64,000 nt of DNA, from the NCBI RefSeq assembly GCF_030144855.1, contig NC_082712.1:96286001-96350000 (forward strand), in the 5' to 3' direction. The notes beneath the pieces are model-generated. The model did no database searches. It worked only from the letters and a program-made list of their open reading frames with translations, and was not told the DNA's origin. Below, one piece after another: positions 48,101 through 61,243 of this stretch (positions are counted from its first letter, which is position 1; every line of letters starts with the position of its first letter). This stretch comes from Hypanus sabinus. Lineage: Eukaryota. The position numbers were made by a program, and so were the translations under genes.

Positions 48101-51100
48101 GTGTACTGGTCTCTGTGGTGGATGTGCTGGTCGGTGTACTGGTCACAGTGGTGGATGTGCTGGTCGGTGTACTGGTCTCTGTGGTCAATGTGCTGGTCAG
48201 TGTACTGGTCACTGTGGTCGATGTGGTCGGTGTACTGGTCTCTGTGGTGGATGTGCTAGTCAGTGTACTGGTCACTGTGGTCGATGTGGTCGGTGTACTG
48301 ATCTCTGTGGTCGATGTGCCGGTCGGTGTACTGGTCACTGTGGTCGATGTGCTGGTCGGTGTACTGGTCACTGTGGTCGATGTGCTGGTCGGTGTACTGG
48401 TCACTGTGGTCGATGTGGTCGGTGTACTGGTCTCTGTGGTTGATGTGCTGGTCAGTGTACTGGTCACTGTGGTCGATGTGGTCGGTGTACTGGTCTCTGT
48501 GGTTGATGTACTGGTCGGTGTACTGGTCAATGTGGTTGATGTGGTTGGTATACAGGTCTCTGTGGTCGATGTGCTGGTCGGTGTACTGGTCTCTGTGGTC
48601 GATGTGCTGGTCAGTGTACTGGTCACTGTGGTCGGTGTACTGGTCTCTGTGTTGGATGTGCTTGTTGGTGTACTGGTCTCTGTGGTCGATGTGCTGGTCA
48701 GTGTACAGGTCACTGTGGTGGATGTACTGGTCGGTGTACTGGTCACTGTGGTCGGTGTACTGGTCTCTGTGGTCGATGTGCTGATTGGTGTACTGGTCAC
48801 TGTGGTCGATGTACTGGTCGGTGTACTGGTCACTGTGGTCGATGTACTGGTCGGTGTACTGGTCTCTGTGGTCGATGTGCTGGTCGGTGTACTGGTCTCT
48901 GTGGTCGATGTACTGGTCGGTGTACTGGTCATTCTGATCGTTGTGCTGGTTGGTGTACTGGTCTCTGTGGTCAATGTGGACGGTGTACTGGTCACTGTGG
49001 ACGATGTGGTCGGTGTACTGGTCTCTGTGGTCAGTGTACTGGTCTCTGTGCTCAATGTGCTGGTTGGTGTACTTTTCTCTGTGTTCGATGTACTAGTCGG
49101 TGTAATGGTTACTGTGGTAGGTGTTGTTGTCAGTGTACCGGTTACTATGGTCTGTGTGTTAGTGAGTGTACTGGTCACTATGCTAAATGCACTGGTTGGT
49201 GTACTGGTCTCTGTGGTCGATGTGCTGGTCTGTCTACTGGTCTCTGTGGTCGATGTGCTGGTTGGTGTACTGGTCACTGTGGTGGATGTGCTGGTCGGTG
49301 TACTGGTCTCTGTGGTTGGTGTACTGGTCGGTGTACTGGTCTCTGTGGTCGATGTGCTGGTCGGTGTACTGGTCTCTGTGGTCAATGTGCTGGTCAGTGT
49401 ACTGGTCACTGTGGTGGATGTGCTGGTTGGTGTACTGGTCTCTGTGGTCGATGTGCTGGTTGGTGTACTAGTCTCTATGGTCGATGTACTGGTCGGTGTA
49501 CTGGTCACTGTGGTCGATGTGCTGGTCGGTGTACTGGTCACTGTGGTCGATGAGCTGGTCGGTGTACTGGTCACTGTGGTCGATGTGCTGGTTGGTGTAC
49601 TGGTCACTGTGGTCGATGTGGTCGTTGTACTGGTCTCTATGGTCGATGTGGTCGGTGTACTGGTTGGTGTACTGGTCTCTGTGGTGGATGTGCTGGTCAG
49701 TATACTGGTCTCTGTGGTGGATGTGCTGGTCGGTGTACTGGTCACTGTGGTTAATGTGCTGGTCGGTGTACTGGTCTCTGCGGTCGATGTACTGGTCGGT
49801 GTACTGGTCTCTGTGGTGGATGTGCTGGTCGGTGTACTGGTCACTGTGGTCGATGTGGTCGTTGTACTGGTCTCTATGGTCGATGTGGTCGGTGTACTGG
49901 TCTCTGTGGTTGGTGTGCTGGTCGTTGTACTGGTCTCTATGGTCGATGTGGTCGGTGTACTGGTCACTGTGGTTGATGTGCTGGTCGGTGTACTGGTCTC
50001 TGTGGTCGATGTGCTGGTCAGTGTACTGGTCTTTGTGGTCGATGTGCTGGTCAGTGTACTGGTCTTTGTGGTTGATGTGCTGGTCGGTGTACTGGTCACT
50101 GTGGTCGGTGTGGTCGGTGTACTGGTCTCTGTGGTCGATGTGCTGGTCTGTGTACTGGTCACTGTGGTTGATGTGCTGGTCAGTGTACTGGTCTCTATGG
50201 TCGATGTGGTCGGTGTACTGGTCACTGTGGTTGATGTGCTGGTCGGTGTACTGATCTTTGTGGTTGATGTGCTGGTCAGTGTACTGGTCACTGTGGTCGG
50301 TGTGGTCGGTGTACTGGTCTCTGTGGTCGATGTGGTCGGTGTACTGGTCTCTGTTGTTGATGTACTGGTCGGTGTAATGGTCTCTGTGGTCGATGTGCTG
50401 GTTGGTGTACTGGTCACTGTGGTTGATGTGCTGGTCGGTGTACTGGTCACGGTGGAGGATGTGGTCAGTGTACTGGTCTCTGTGGTCGTTCTGCCGGTTG
50501 GTGTACTGGTCTCTGTGGTCGATGTACTGGTCTCTGTGGTTGATGTGCTGGTCAGTGTACTGGTCACTGTGGTCGATGTGCTGGTCGGTGTACTGGTCTC
50601 TGTGGTCGATGTGCTGGTCAGTGTACTGGTCTCTGTGGTCGATGTGCTGGTCGGTGTACTGGTCTCTGTGGTTGACGTGCTGGTCAGTGTACTGGTCACT
50701 GTGGTCGGTGTACTGGTCTCTGTGGTCGATGTGGTCGGTGTACTGGTCTCTGTGGTGGATGTGCTGGTCAGTGTACTGGTCTCTGTGGTCATTGAGCTGG
50801 TCGGTGTACTGGTCACTGTGGTCGATGTGCTGGTCGTTGTACTGGTCTCTGTGGTTGGTGTGCTGGTCGGTGTACTGATCTCTGTGGTCAATGTGCTGGT
50901 CGGTGTACTGGTCTCTGTGGTTGGTGTGCTGGTCGGTGTACTGGTCTCTGTGGTCGATGTGCTGGTCGGTGTACTGGTCTCTGTGGTCGATGTGCTGGTC
51001 GGTGTACTGGTCACTGTGGTTGGTGTGCTGGTCGGTGTACTGGTCTCTGTGGTTGGTGTGCTGGTCAGTGTACTGGTCTCTGTGGTCGATGTGCTGGTCG

Positions 51101-52525
51101 GTGTACTGGTCTCTGTGGTCGATGTGCTGGTCGGTGTACTGGTCACTGTGGTGGATGTGCTGGTCGGTGTACTGATCTCTGTGGTCGGTGTGCTGGTCGG
51201 TGTACTGGTCTCTGTGGTCGATGTGCTGGTCGGTGTACTGGTCACTGTGGTGGATGTGCTGGTTGGTGTACTGGTCTCTGTGGTTGATGTGCTGGTCGGT
51301 GTACTGGTCACTGTGGTCGATGTGGTCGGTGTACTGGTCTCTGTGTTGGATGTGCTGGTCGGTGTACTGGTCTCTGTGGTCGGTGTCCTGGTCAGTGTAC
51401 TGGCTGATGTTATGGTTGGTGTACTTGTTACAGCGGTGAATGTAGTGCTCGTTGTTATCGTCCCTGTAGTCGTTGTGGTTTCTATGCTGGTGTCTGTAGT
51501 TGTGGTGGTTTTGCTGGTTGTCACACAGACCCATACGCACTCCTCTGTAGTTGATTCACTCGTCAGTGTGCTGGTCCCTCTGGTTGAAGTGCTGGACTCT
51601 GTGGTTTGCACACTGATCACTGTATTTGTTGTGCTGGACTGTGTGGTCATAGGGCTGGACTCTGTAGTTGATGTGCTAGACTCAGTGGTGAGTGTGCTGG
51701 ACACTGAAGTAGATGTGCTGGACTGTGGGGTCAGAGAGCTGGACTGTGTGGTCAGTGTCCTGGTCTGTGTTGTTGGTGAGCTGGATTCTGTGGTCGATGA
51801 GCTAGACACTGTATTCGGAGTGCTGGACTCTGTGGTTGGTGTGCTGGACCCTGCAGTCGGTGTGCTAAACAGTGCATCTGATGTGCTGGATTCTGTAATC
51901 GGTGAGCTGGACCGTGTGATCAGTGAGCTGGATGCTGCAGTCAGTGTGCTGGACTCTTTGGTCTGTGTGTTGGAGCTTGTGGTTGGTGTGCTGGAGTCTG
52001 GGTGTGGTGTGCTGGAGCCTGTGGTCAGTGTGCTGGACTCTGTGGTTGGCATACTGATTACTGTCGTGTATGTGCTGGACAGAGCGGTCGATGTGCTGGA
52101 GCCTGTGGTCAGTGTGCTGGACTCTCTGGTCGGTGAGCTCAAATCAGTGGTTGGTGTGCTGGACTCTGTGGTTGGTGCGCTTGACTGTATTGTTGGTGCG
52201 CTGGACTCTGTGGTGGTCATTGTGCTGGATTCTGCAGTTGTTATGCTGTCCTGTGCAGTTGATGTGCTAGATTGAGTGATTGGTGTGCTGGATTGTGTGT
52301 TTGGTGTGCTGGACCCTGTGGTCACTGAGCTGGATTCTGTGGTCAGAGTGCTGGATTCTGTGGTCAGAGTGCTGGATTCTGTGGTCGGAGAGCTGGATTC
52401 TGTGGTTGGAGTGCTGGAGTCTGTGGTCGATGTTCTGGACTCTGTGGTTGATGTTCTGGACTCTGTGGTCGGAGTGCTGGACATCTTGATTGATGTATTT
52501 GATTCTGTGGTCAGTTTGCTGGGCC
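42101..52525 (-). CDS. Mucin PTS exon B (10,425 nt, 3475 codons; TESS-type start, then [12 protein letters not shown] repeats); chimeric exon
   Basis: Track ORF 41985..52598 is open. Acceptor ttttctatgtttctattgaccacag|G at 52526-52528 and donor TCAG|gtaaac at 42100. Length divisible by 3, phase 1-1. Confidence 0.8.
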
Positions 52526-52531
52526 CTGTGG

Positions 52532-52960
52532 TCAATAGAAACATAGAAAACTTACAGCACAATACAGGCCCTTCAGCCCACAAAGTTGCACCAAACATGT
52601 CCCTACCTTAGAAATTACTGGGCTTATGCATAGCCCTCTAATTTTCTGCACCATGTACCTATCCAAAAGTCTCTTAAAAGTCCCTATCATATCCGCCTCC
52701 GCCATCATTGCCAGCAGCCCATTCCGCACACTCACCACTCTCTGAGTAAAAAACTTGCCCCTGGCATCTCCTCTGTACCTACTCCCCAGCACCTTAAGCC
52801 TGTGTCCTCTTGTGGCAACAATTTCAACCCTGGGAAAAAAGCCTCTGACTATCCACACAATCAATGCCTCTCATCATCTTGTACACCTCTATCAGGTCAC
52901 CTCTCATCCTCCATCACTCCAAAGAGAAAAGGCCGAGTTCACTCAAACATTTTTCATAAG
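52532..52960 (-). mobile_element. CR1 LINE 3' fragment inserted in mucin repeats, copy 2
   Basis: Near-identical to 36557-36985, with the same junctions. Confidence 0.85.
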
Positions 52961-55113
52961 ACTGGACCTTGTGCTAAGTGTGCTGGACTCTGTGGTTGGT
53001 GAGCTAGACTCTGTAGTCGATGTGCTGGACCCTGTGTTCGATGTGCTGGACCATGTGGTCGATGAGCTGGACCATGTGGTCGATGAGCTGGACAATGTGG
53101 CCAATGGGATGGACCCTGTGGTTGATGGGATGGACCCTGTGGTCAGTGCGCTGGACCCTGTGGTCAGTGCGCTGGACTCTGTGGTCAGTGAGCTGGACTC
53201 TGTGGTCAATGTGTTGTTCAGTGAACTGGTCTCTGAGGATTGTGTACTGGTCACTGTTGTTGATGTGCCGGTGGAGATGAGTTTGGTTGGTGTACTGATT
53301 ATTGTTGATGGGTTGGTCACCGTGGGAGACACACTGGCAGCTGAACTGGACTCAGAGCCTAGTGTAGTGCACAATGTGCTGAAGAATGTGGTGGGTGCAC
53401 TGGCCGGTGTGGAGGACTGTGTGATTGGAATACAGATCATCGTACAGGTCACTGGACTCATGCTGGTCACTGTACTCGACACTGTGGTTACAGTGCTAAG
53501 TGGTATGGTGGGATATGTGCACAAAGTGGTTGATATAATGGATGCTGTGGTGGGTATGGGGGTCACAGTGGTTGATGTGCTGGTCGGTGTACTGGTCTCT
53601 GTGGTCGATGTGCTGGTCGGTGTACTGGTCTCTGTGGTTGATGTACTGGTCGGTGTACTGGTCAATGTGGTCGGTGTACTGGTCAGTGTACTGGTCTCTG
53701 TGGTCGATGTGCTGGTCGATGTACTGGTCTCTGTGGTCTGTGTACTGGTCTCTGTGGTCGGTGTACTGGTCAGTGTACTGGTCTCTGTGGTCGATGTGCT
53801 GGTCGGTGTACTGGTCAGTGTACTGGTCTCTGTGGTCGGTGTTGTGGTTGTTGTACTGTTCAATGTGGTTAGTGTACTGGTTGGTGTACTGGTCACTGCA
53901 GTCTGTGTACTGGTCACTGTGGTCAGTGTACTGGTTGGTGTACTGGTCACTGTGGTCAGTGTACTGGTTGCTGTACTGGTCACTGCAGTCGGTGTACTGG
54001 TCATTGTGGTCAATGTGCTGGTCGGTGTACTGGTCACTGTGGTCAGTGTACTGGTTGGTGTACTGGTCACTGTAGTTGGTGTACTGGTCATTGTGGTCAA
54101 TGTGCTGGTCTGTGTACTGGTCACTGTGGTCGGTGTACTGGTCAGTGTACTGGTCTCTGTGGTCGATGTGCTGGTCGATGTACTGGTCTCTGTGGTTGGT
54201 GTACTGGTCAGTGTACTGGTCTCTGTGGTCGATGTGCTGGTCGGTGTACTGGTCTCTGTGGTCGGTGTACTGGTCAGTGTACTGGTCTCTGTGGTCGCTG
54301 TGCTGGTCAGTGTACTGGTCACTATGGTCGATGTTGTGGTTGTTGTACTGTTCAATGTGGTTAGTGTACTGGTTGGTTTACTGGTCACTGCAGTCTGTGT
54401 ACTGGTCACTGTGGTCAGTGTACTGGTTGGTGTACTAGTCACTGCAGTCTGTGTACTGGTCATTGTGGTCAATGTGCTGGTCTGTGTACTGGTCACTGTG
54501 GGGTCTGTGTACTGGTCACTGTGGTCAACCTGCTAGTCGGTGTACTGGTCATTGTGTTCAATGTGCTGGTCTGTGTACTGGTCAATGTGCTGGTCTGTGT
54601 ACTGGTCACTGTGGTCAACCTGCTAGTCGGTGTACTGGTCATTGTGGTCAACCTGCTAGTCGGTGTACTGGTCATTGTGGTCAATGTGCTGGTCTGTGTA
54701 CTGGTCTCTGTGGGGTCTGTGTACTGGTCACTGTGGTCAACCTGCTAGTCGGTGTACTGGTCATTGTGGTCAATGTGCTGGTCTGTGTACTGGTCTCTGT
54801 GGGGTCTGTGTACTGGTCACTGTGGTCAACCTGCTAGTTGGTGTACTGGTCATTGGGGTAAATGTACTGGTTAGTAATTTGGGATTATGCAACATTATGA
54901 AACCAGTGAAGAGGAGAGGAGGAACAAAGTGAGGGCACTTCTGAATAGAGAGCTTCAGCTTGGTTATGGGCTGAATTAGTCTGGGTTGGTTAATGGGGAG
55001 ACAGTGGGCTTCATTAGGCAGAGTACTGGGGTCTATGGGTCTGAGAATATCAACAGTGAAAGGATGCAGTTATGAAAAGAGGAGAGTGAGCCCATTGGAT
55101 GGAGGTGGGTATT
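52961..55113 (-). pseudogene. Decayed 5' portion of the ancestral mucin exon (pseudo-exon), copy 2
   Basis: Paralog of 36986-39010 with the same acceptor (55114), the same early TAA and frameshifted units at 54500-54830. ORF 52943..54496 ends in the CR1 insert. Confidence 0.7.
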
Positions 55114-58100
55114 CTGTATAAATACACAAACATTTTAAAGATTAGCTTTATTTGTCAAATGTACATTGAAACATAAGTGAAATGCGTTACTAATGGGAGC
55201 AGCCTGCTTGTGTCGCCACGCTCTGTTGAGAATGTAGTGTTGGTCAGGATGAACTACAGTCTGCAAATCAGTGAAATTGAATAAATAAAGGACAGTGGAT
55301 AGACACACCAATTCTCTTTGCTCTTGCCATGTGTTTGAAAGAGTTTGGAGATGGCCAATTTGTGAGATTTTGTGAACTCTGAACGAATTCTTGCTCTGGG
55401 ATATTTTATTCAGAGTAATTGAATGTGGACACAAGGACTTTCAGCTGATGATCTGCTGAACCTGAGCCCATACTCAGATGCGTAGCTATTTATTATGTAA
55501 AGTGTCAGGCTTGCCAGAGAAGTAATCTGTAATCTCGTTGGATTCAGCGTCTGGGTCACCTGTTGTACCTGGTTTGAACCACTTAGAGTAGAAAGGAACA
55601 AAGGCACGATGCCAGGGAGCAGAGACCATATTACATTGCTGGTTGTCGCCCTGGACCAAAGCCAGTATGAAGGTGACTCAGGTAGTGTCAGGTGACCTTT
55701 AGTCAATTTGAGGGAGATGGATTAGTTGAACTGATAAGCAACATCAGAAGAGTCAGGAGCTTCAAATACGAGGCAGCGATAACTTTCCAGCAAACAGAGA
55801 ACGATCAACACGGATGAGGAGGACCCCACAGACACGTGGATATCGGGACTCTGAGGAATGCCTGGTCAGCGGAGACTGCTTTCCCGAGTAATACATTTTC
55901 TCTTCATTGATTGCTCATGGAGGGTCAGGGAATCCTAATGAGTATGCGCACAGTTAATTAGTTTGTGAACCGGCATGCTTTTTAGTTGAGGCAATAACGG
56001 TTACTTATCAGTAGATACAGATTCTCTCTGTTTTCTCTGATTATTATTACAAAAATATAGATTCTTATGACAATGGCATGCCCACAACGCTGGCTGGTGG
56101 CATACTGGCATCAGCGCTGGATTTCAGGGCGAGACGTCCCAAGTTTGAATCCAGCCGGCTCCCGTTGAGAGCTAATCTCTTAAAAAAAACTCATCCAGCA
56201 GAAGGCAATGGCAAACAACTGCTGTAACTTGCTTAGTATGTGATTTTCCAATATGTCAGAGTGGCATGGGAGGAAATTGCCCACTAGCTGGCAATAATTC
56301 CGGATACAACCTACCTACCTATCCCACAACTCACTAACCTTAACAGCAGAGGAGGTTATAAATCAATAAATAAACAGGGTGGGGGTGGTTGCAGAAAGAG
56401 CATGCAGTAATGAAGGGAGATTTTAATCTTCATGCAGATTGGATTAATCATTTTTCTATGGGTTGCTATCAGATCAAATTCATTGTACATTTAGGACATT
56501 TTCCTAGACCAGCCAGAGAATAAGCTCAAGAGATTCGGCATATCAAAGTTCAAAGATTCAAAGTACAGTACATCTATTATCAGAGCATATTTGCAGTATA
56601 CACCCTGAGATTCACCTTCCCACAGACTAGGAATGTTTAGTTTAGTTCAGTTCAGTTCAATTTAGCACTGTATCATTTGTTGACTGCAGGCCGCAGAGTT
56701 AGTCTGCCCTGATCAAATTTGCACGGAAATAGCAATAAAAAAGGATTAACCAGAACCCAGAAACACATCATAACATAAACGACAGTCCAATACATAAATT
56801 GCATCAATTAAACTTTGCCCAAGATTCAAAATTCTAGCAAGATCAAGCGGGGTGGGGGGGGGGGGTGGAAGAGGAAGAGAGAGAGAGAGAGAGAGACACT
56901 GGTCATTTGCAGTCACCTTCCCCTGGGATCTGAGAGCTACGAGCAAGAGTGAGAGAAACAGAGCAGTCACACGCAGACACCCTTCTCTGACAGTGGAGAG
57001 AGACCAGTCAAATGCAGACAGGCGATGCTGAACACCCGCTCGCCTTCTGCTCTCGTCCTCATCAATTTCAGTTTTGCTTATCACTTTAATCGACAAGAAA
57101 TGGGATCCATCATGGGTTCACACCTTATCTCCAGGCTTCTTGGCCTCCTGGCTGCACACTTCGCTCAAAACTTCACCGAACTCCCTCAGAGATAGCAAAG
57201 TGACAGATCACCCAATCAGGTCAAAGAAACAGCAGCAAAATGTGTCAGTGTCTGATTGAGGGCACAACTCAGGATGGTGATAGAGCATTCTCCATTGCCT
57301 GGATGAATACATATCCGATAACACTGAAGAAGCTGGATATTATCCAGGATAAAACAGGCCATTTCATCAGCAACACATTCACCACACATAATATTTGTGG
57401 CCATCCCCACTGTTGCAAAATGCATTGTAGATACCTTCTGATCATCATCAACAACATTTCTCAAAACCATGGTGACATATGCAGCAAGTGTGGAGTAATA
57501 TCGCTACTTGTAGATTTACTGTGTAACGCACGCCTTTCTCCGTCGTCGTATCGACCTCCTGGAAATCCCCACACAACAATGAGGTGAGAGTTGCTTCAAC
57601 AGATGGATTGTAGAAATTGAAAACAACGGCCCAGTGGTACCACCTCAAGAACAGTTGCAGACAGGAAATGACTGGTGTTCTCACCAATGACACCCGCAAC
57701 CCAGAAAATAAGAATTGAACAATAATTTGGAAAGTGGAGCTAAATTACAAAGTGCACATATTTGTCCTTCTGTTCGAGGGATCAATTAAGCAAATTTGGC
57801 CTAAAGGATCCTTACTGCAATTTGGAATCAATTGGCATAGGATGAAAACACACCACTGGTTGGTGTCAATTTGTAACTGACACTTGGCTGCACTGTCAGG
57901 AACTTCAGGGCAAGAAAAAGCCAAGACAAAAGACTCCATTGTCAGGGAATGATCAAAGACCACATCTCTTTGGAAACACCGATGAGCAGTGAATTCACAT
58001 CTTAAGATATTGTATTACAATGATAAACTGTTTTCTATTACAAGCTTAAATGATGTTCTGCAGACAAACCTTTGGTCCCAGTCTTGAGCCTCAACTACTC

Positions 58101-58210
58101 GCTCCACATTGAATCTCCACGTCTTAGTACCAAATCATTCTAACAACCTGCAGTAGATCTCTGCCAGGCCTCAGTTATCAGGTGAAAGGAATAACATAAA
58201 AGTAGTTTAC

Positions 58211-59071
58211 CTGAACTGGACACTGTAGTTGCTGAACTGACCTCCGTGGTGATCTTCTTGGTTGTACTGATCATTGATGTGCTGGTCGGCTCATTGGACA
58301 GTGTGGGTTTGGTCGATGTAGCAGTCAGCTTGCTTGACAGTGTGGTTGATGTGGTGGCTTGAGATCTGGACTCTGTGGCAATCTTGATTGTACTGGTCCT
58401 TGTTGATGGGTTGGTCACCGTGGGAGACACACTGGCAGCTGAACTGGACTCAGAGCCTAGTGTAGTGCACAATGTGCTGAAGAATGTGGTGGGTGCACTG
58501 GCCGGTGTGGAGGACTGTGTGATTGGAATACAGATCATCGTACAGGTCACTGGACTCATGCTGGTCACTGTGGTAGATGTACTGGTCGGTGGACTGGTCA
58601 CTGTGGTCGATGTGCTGGTCGGTGTACTGGTCACTGTGGTCGGTGTACTGGTCACTGTGGTTGATGTACTGGTCGGTGTACTGGTCACTGTGGTCGATGT
58701 GCTGGTCGGTGTACTGGTCTCTGTGGTCGATGTGGTCGGTGTACTGGTCTCTGTGGTCGATGTGCTGGTCAGTGTACTGGCCGATGTTATGGTTGGTGTA
58801 CTTGTTACAGTGGTGAATGTAGTGCTTGTTGTTATGGTCCCTGTAGTCGTTGTGGTTTCTATGCTGGTGTCTGTAGTTGTGGTGGTTTTGTTGGTTGTCA
58901 CACAGACCCAAACACACTCCTCTGTGGTTGATTCACTCGTCAGTGTGCTGGTCCCTCTGGTTGAAGTGCTGGACTCTACACCTGGTGTTTGTGTTGAAGT
59001 AATGCCAGCAATGTACGTCTTGTACTTTGTTTGGGTTTTGCTCAGTTGAGAGTCAGAAAATCCTCCAAGAA
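58211..59071 (-). CDS. Mucin PTS exon A (287 codons; VLGGFSDSQLSKTQTKYKTY...[10 protein letters not shown]...VTCTMICIP...TTVSSS)
   Basis: Acceptor ctttattcaag| at 59072 and donor TCAG|gtaaac at 58210. 861 nt, phase 1-1, open and Thr/Ser-rich; overlaps track ORF 58140..58901. Confidence 0.8.
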
Positions 59072-61243
59072 CTTGAATAAAGCAAAGGAAAAGAGCAACA
59101 GTTTTTAACGGTTTCCATTTTGAACATTTTCACATGGCACAACTAATCTTGTAGAAAGCTTTATCTGTATATTTTTTCAAGTTTTGTAATAAAACTAACT
59201 GAAAGAATATCACAGATGAACCCAATACATCCAAGTATACATATCAAAAAGAGGGTTGGGGTGGTTCGGCTGGTAAGACTTGATATAGGATTGGAAGGTG
59301 TCGAACTCAGGAGGGTAGAGTTATATTGCAAGGGTTAAAAAAACTTTGATGCAAGTCACATACAGGTGTGTAAATAGTATCCAGGATGTGGGGTGCAAAT
59401 TACAACAGGAGTTAGGAAAGGCATGCAAGAGAAGGCAGGAGAACAAAGTTCAGAAAGAAATAACAAATCAGCCATGATGAAATGGTGGAGCAGACTCGAT
59501 GGTCGGAATGGCCTAAGTCTGTCGCTATGTCTTGTGATATTTATCTGTTATTGCTGACAAGTCATTGGTAATCTTTGCCCCGATAATCCAGCATTTAACA
59601 GAGAGATAGAATTTCTGCAGTCCTCTTTTATTGGAGAGGAATCAATATCTAAGACAAAACTTTTCAATACTCTTTTGTGCCTCAGCTGAGTGTTGTAGCT
59701 AAATTCAGCTGCTAATCATTAAATTAAATTCTGAAATGCCAGAAAGACCTGGGTGTCATTGTGCATAATAAGCAAAAGGTTTGTTTGCAGTTACAGCAAG
59801 TTATTGCAAAAAGTAACAATAAGTTCATGGCTTTGAGAACAGAGTGTAAACGTATGCAAGTTATTCTCTGTTGTGTGTGTCGGTGTTGGTTCCCCTTTAT
59901 CTCAGGAAGAATGTTCAGAGAAGAGTTTCATGACTAATTCCAGAAAAGAGCGAGGAACAGTTGGACAGGTTAGGGATGTGTCTGCTGATATTTCACAGTA
60001 TGCAGGTAATCTGAGAGATCTTGACTGGGTGATTCAGCAATGCTTAATATCATTTCCAGTACATAAGTGTAAAGGAGGATGAAATAATTGTTACTCCTGA
60101 TCTGATGCAGTATATAAAAACAAGATAAATAAAACAAAAATACAAACACAATAGATATAAATGCAGAAGATAGTTTCTATATTTTCATTCTATTTACATA
60201 AAATGATGTTTGGTACAAGAGTGTACATAATGTAACTTTAGGGGAAACGATAAAGTAGTGGTGGTGTGGTGGGTTCGTGGGTGGAGTATTGATTAGCCTT
60301 ACAGTCTAGGGAAAGTAACTATTTTTGAGTCTGGTGTTCATGGTGTGGATGCTACATAGTCTTCTCCCAGAGTTGGGAACCTTTGGAACTCTCTTCCTTG
60401 TTATACAGTGAAAACAGAGTTTTTGAGGAAATTTAAGGCTGAAAATAGATTGGAATGTGGTAATGAGTTTACAGTTAAATCAGGCATGATCTTATTGAAA
60501 ATGAGAGGGACATGAAAAAACAAATAGTTTAACTTCCCCTCCTACCTCATATATTTGTTGAGGACATTTTTAAGGATGGGACAAGGAATGAAGGATTTCA
60601 GATCTGTTAATAGCCTGGAATTATTTGAATTGATCAGGAGTTAGCAGAAGATGTTTGAGATCTTTAAATAGTGTTAGAAACTGTCAAGTGTTTTAACAGT
60701 TTAGGACCTTTTAACTAACAGTGGCTAGAAACTCTGGGAATAATTTTAATCTCCTCCACCCAATGCAACATTAGTAAGGTATTTCAGTCAGACTCTTGTT
60801 ATGAACATGACTTCAGATTTCTATTTAGCTGGAGTTTAAAAGAATTAGCTAACCCCCTTCCTATTTCGATTGGTTTGAATGAGTTGTGTTCAGGAAACCC
60901 AGAACTGAAACGTTACATAATTGACAGGGTTCTTTTTAACAGATGAAAATAAAAATGGTTTCCAGACTGAAATTGTGAAAGTGACAAGCAGATTGATTTA
61001 TCAGCTCCATCCTGTATTTATTATTCAGTCAGTTGGGTTCTTTGTATTGTTTGCTTGACCGGGGTGAAGTGAACTTTTTGCTCCAGCTTTCTGTATATCC
61101 AAGGTTTATCTATCCTCTTCACACTGCGCCTGAAACTTGTGCATCCCATTCATATTGGCAACAATGTCTATCACAGGCTTCAGATAAATACAAATGCAAA
61201 TCTCACAAAATATTTTGAGAATATAGATTATATTGAAACTTAC

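Larger units (their letters stand above)
35761..58977. repeat. Intragenic tandem segmental duplication (units ~35761-51600 and ~51589-58977)
   Basis: Introns 38770-42100 and 54850-58210 are nearly identical (offset ~16.1 kb), with paired ORFs in the track (e.g. 39032/55135, 41635/57745). The units differ mainly in repeat-array length. Confidence 0.9.

Noticed and set aside
49468-51540. 690-aa His/Asp/Gln-rich ORF (HRDQYTDQ repeats) and the many Trp/Cys-rich small ORFs
   Set aside because: Alternative frames of the same repeat array, with no independent start or splice context.
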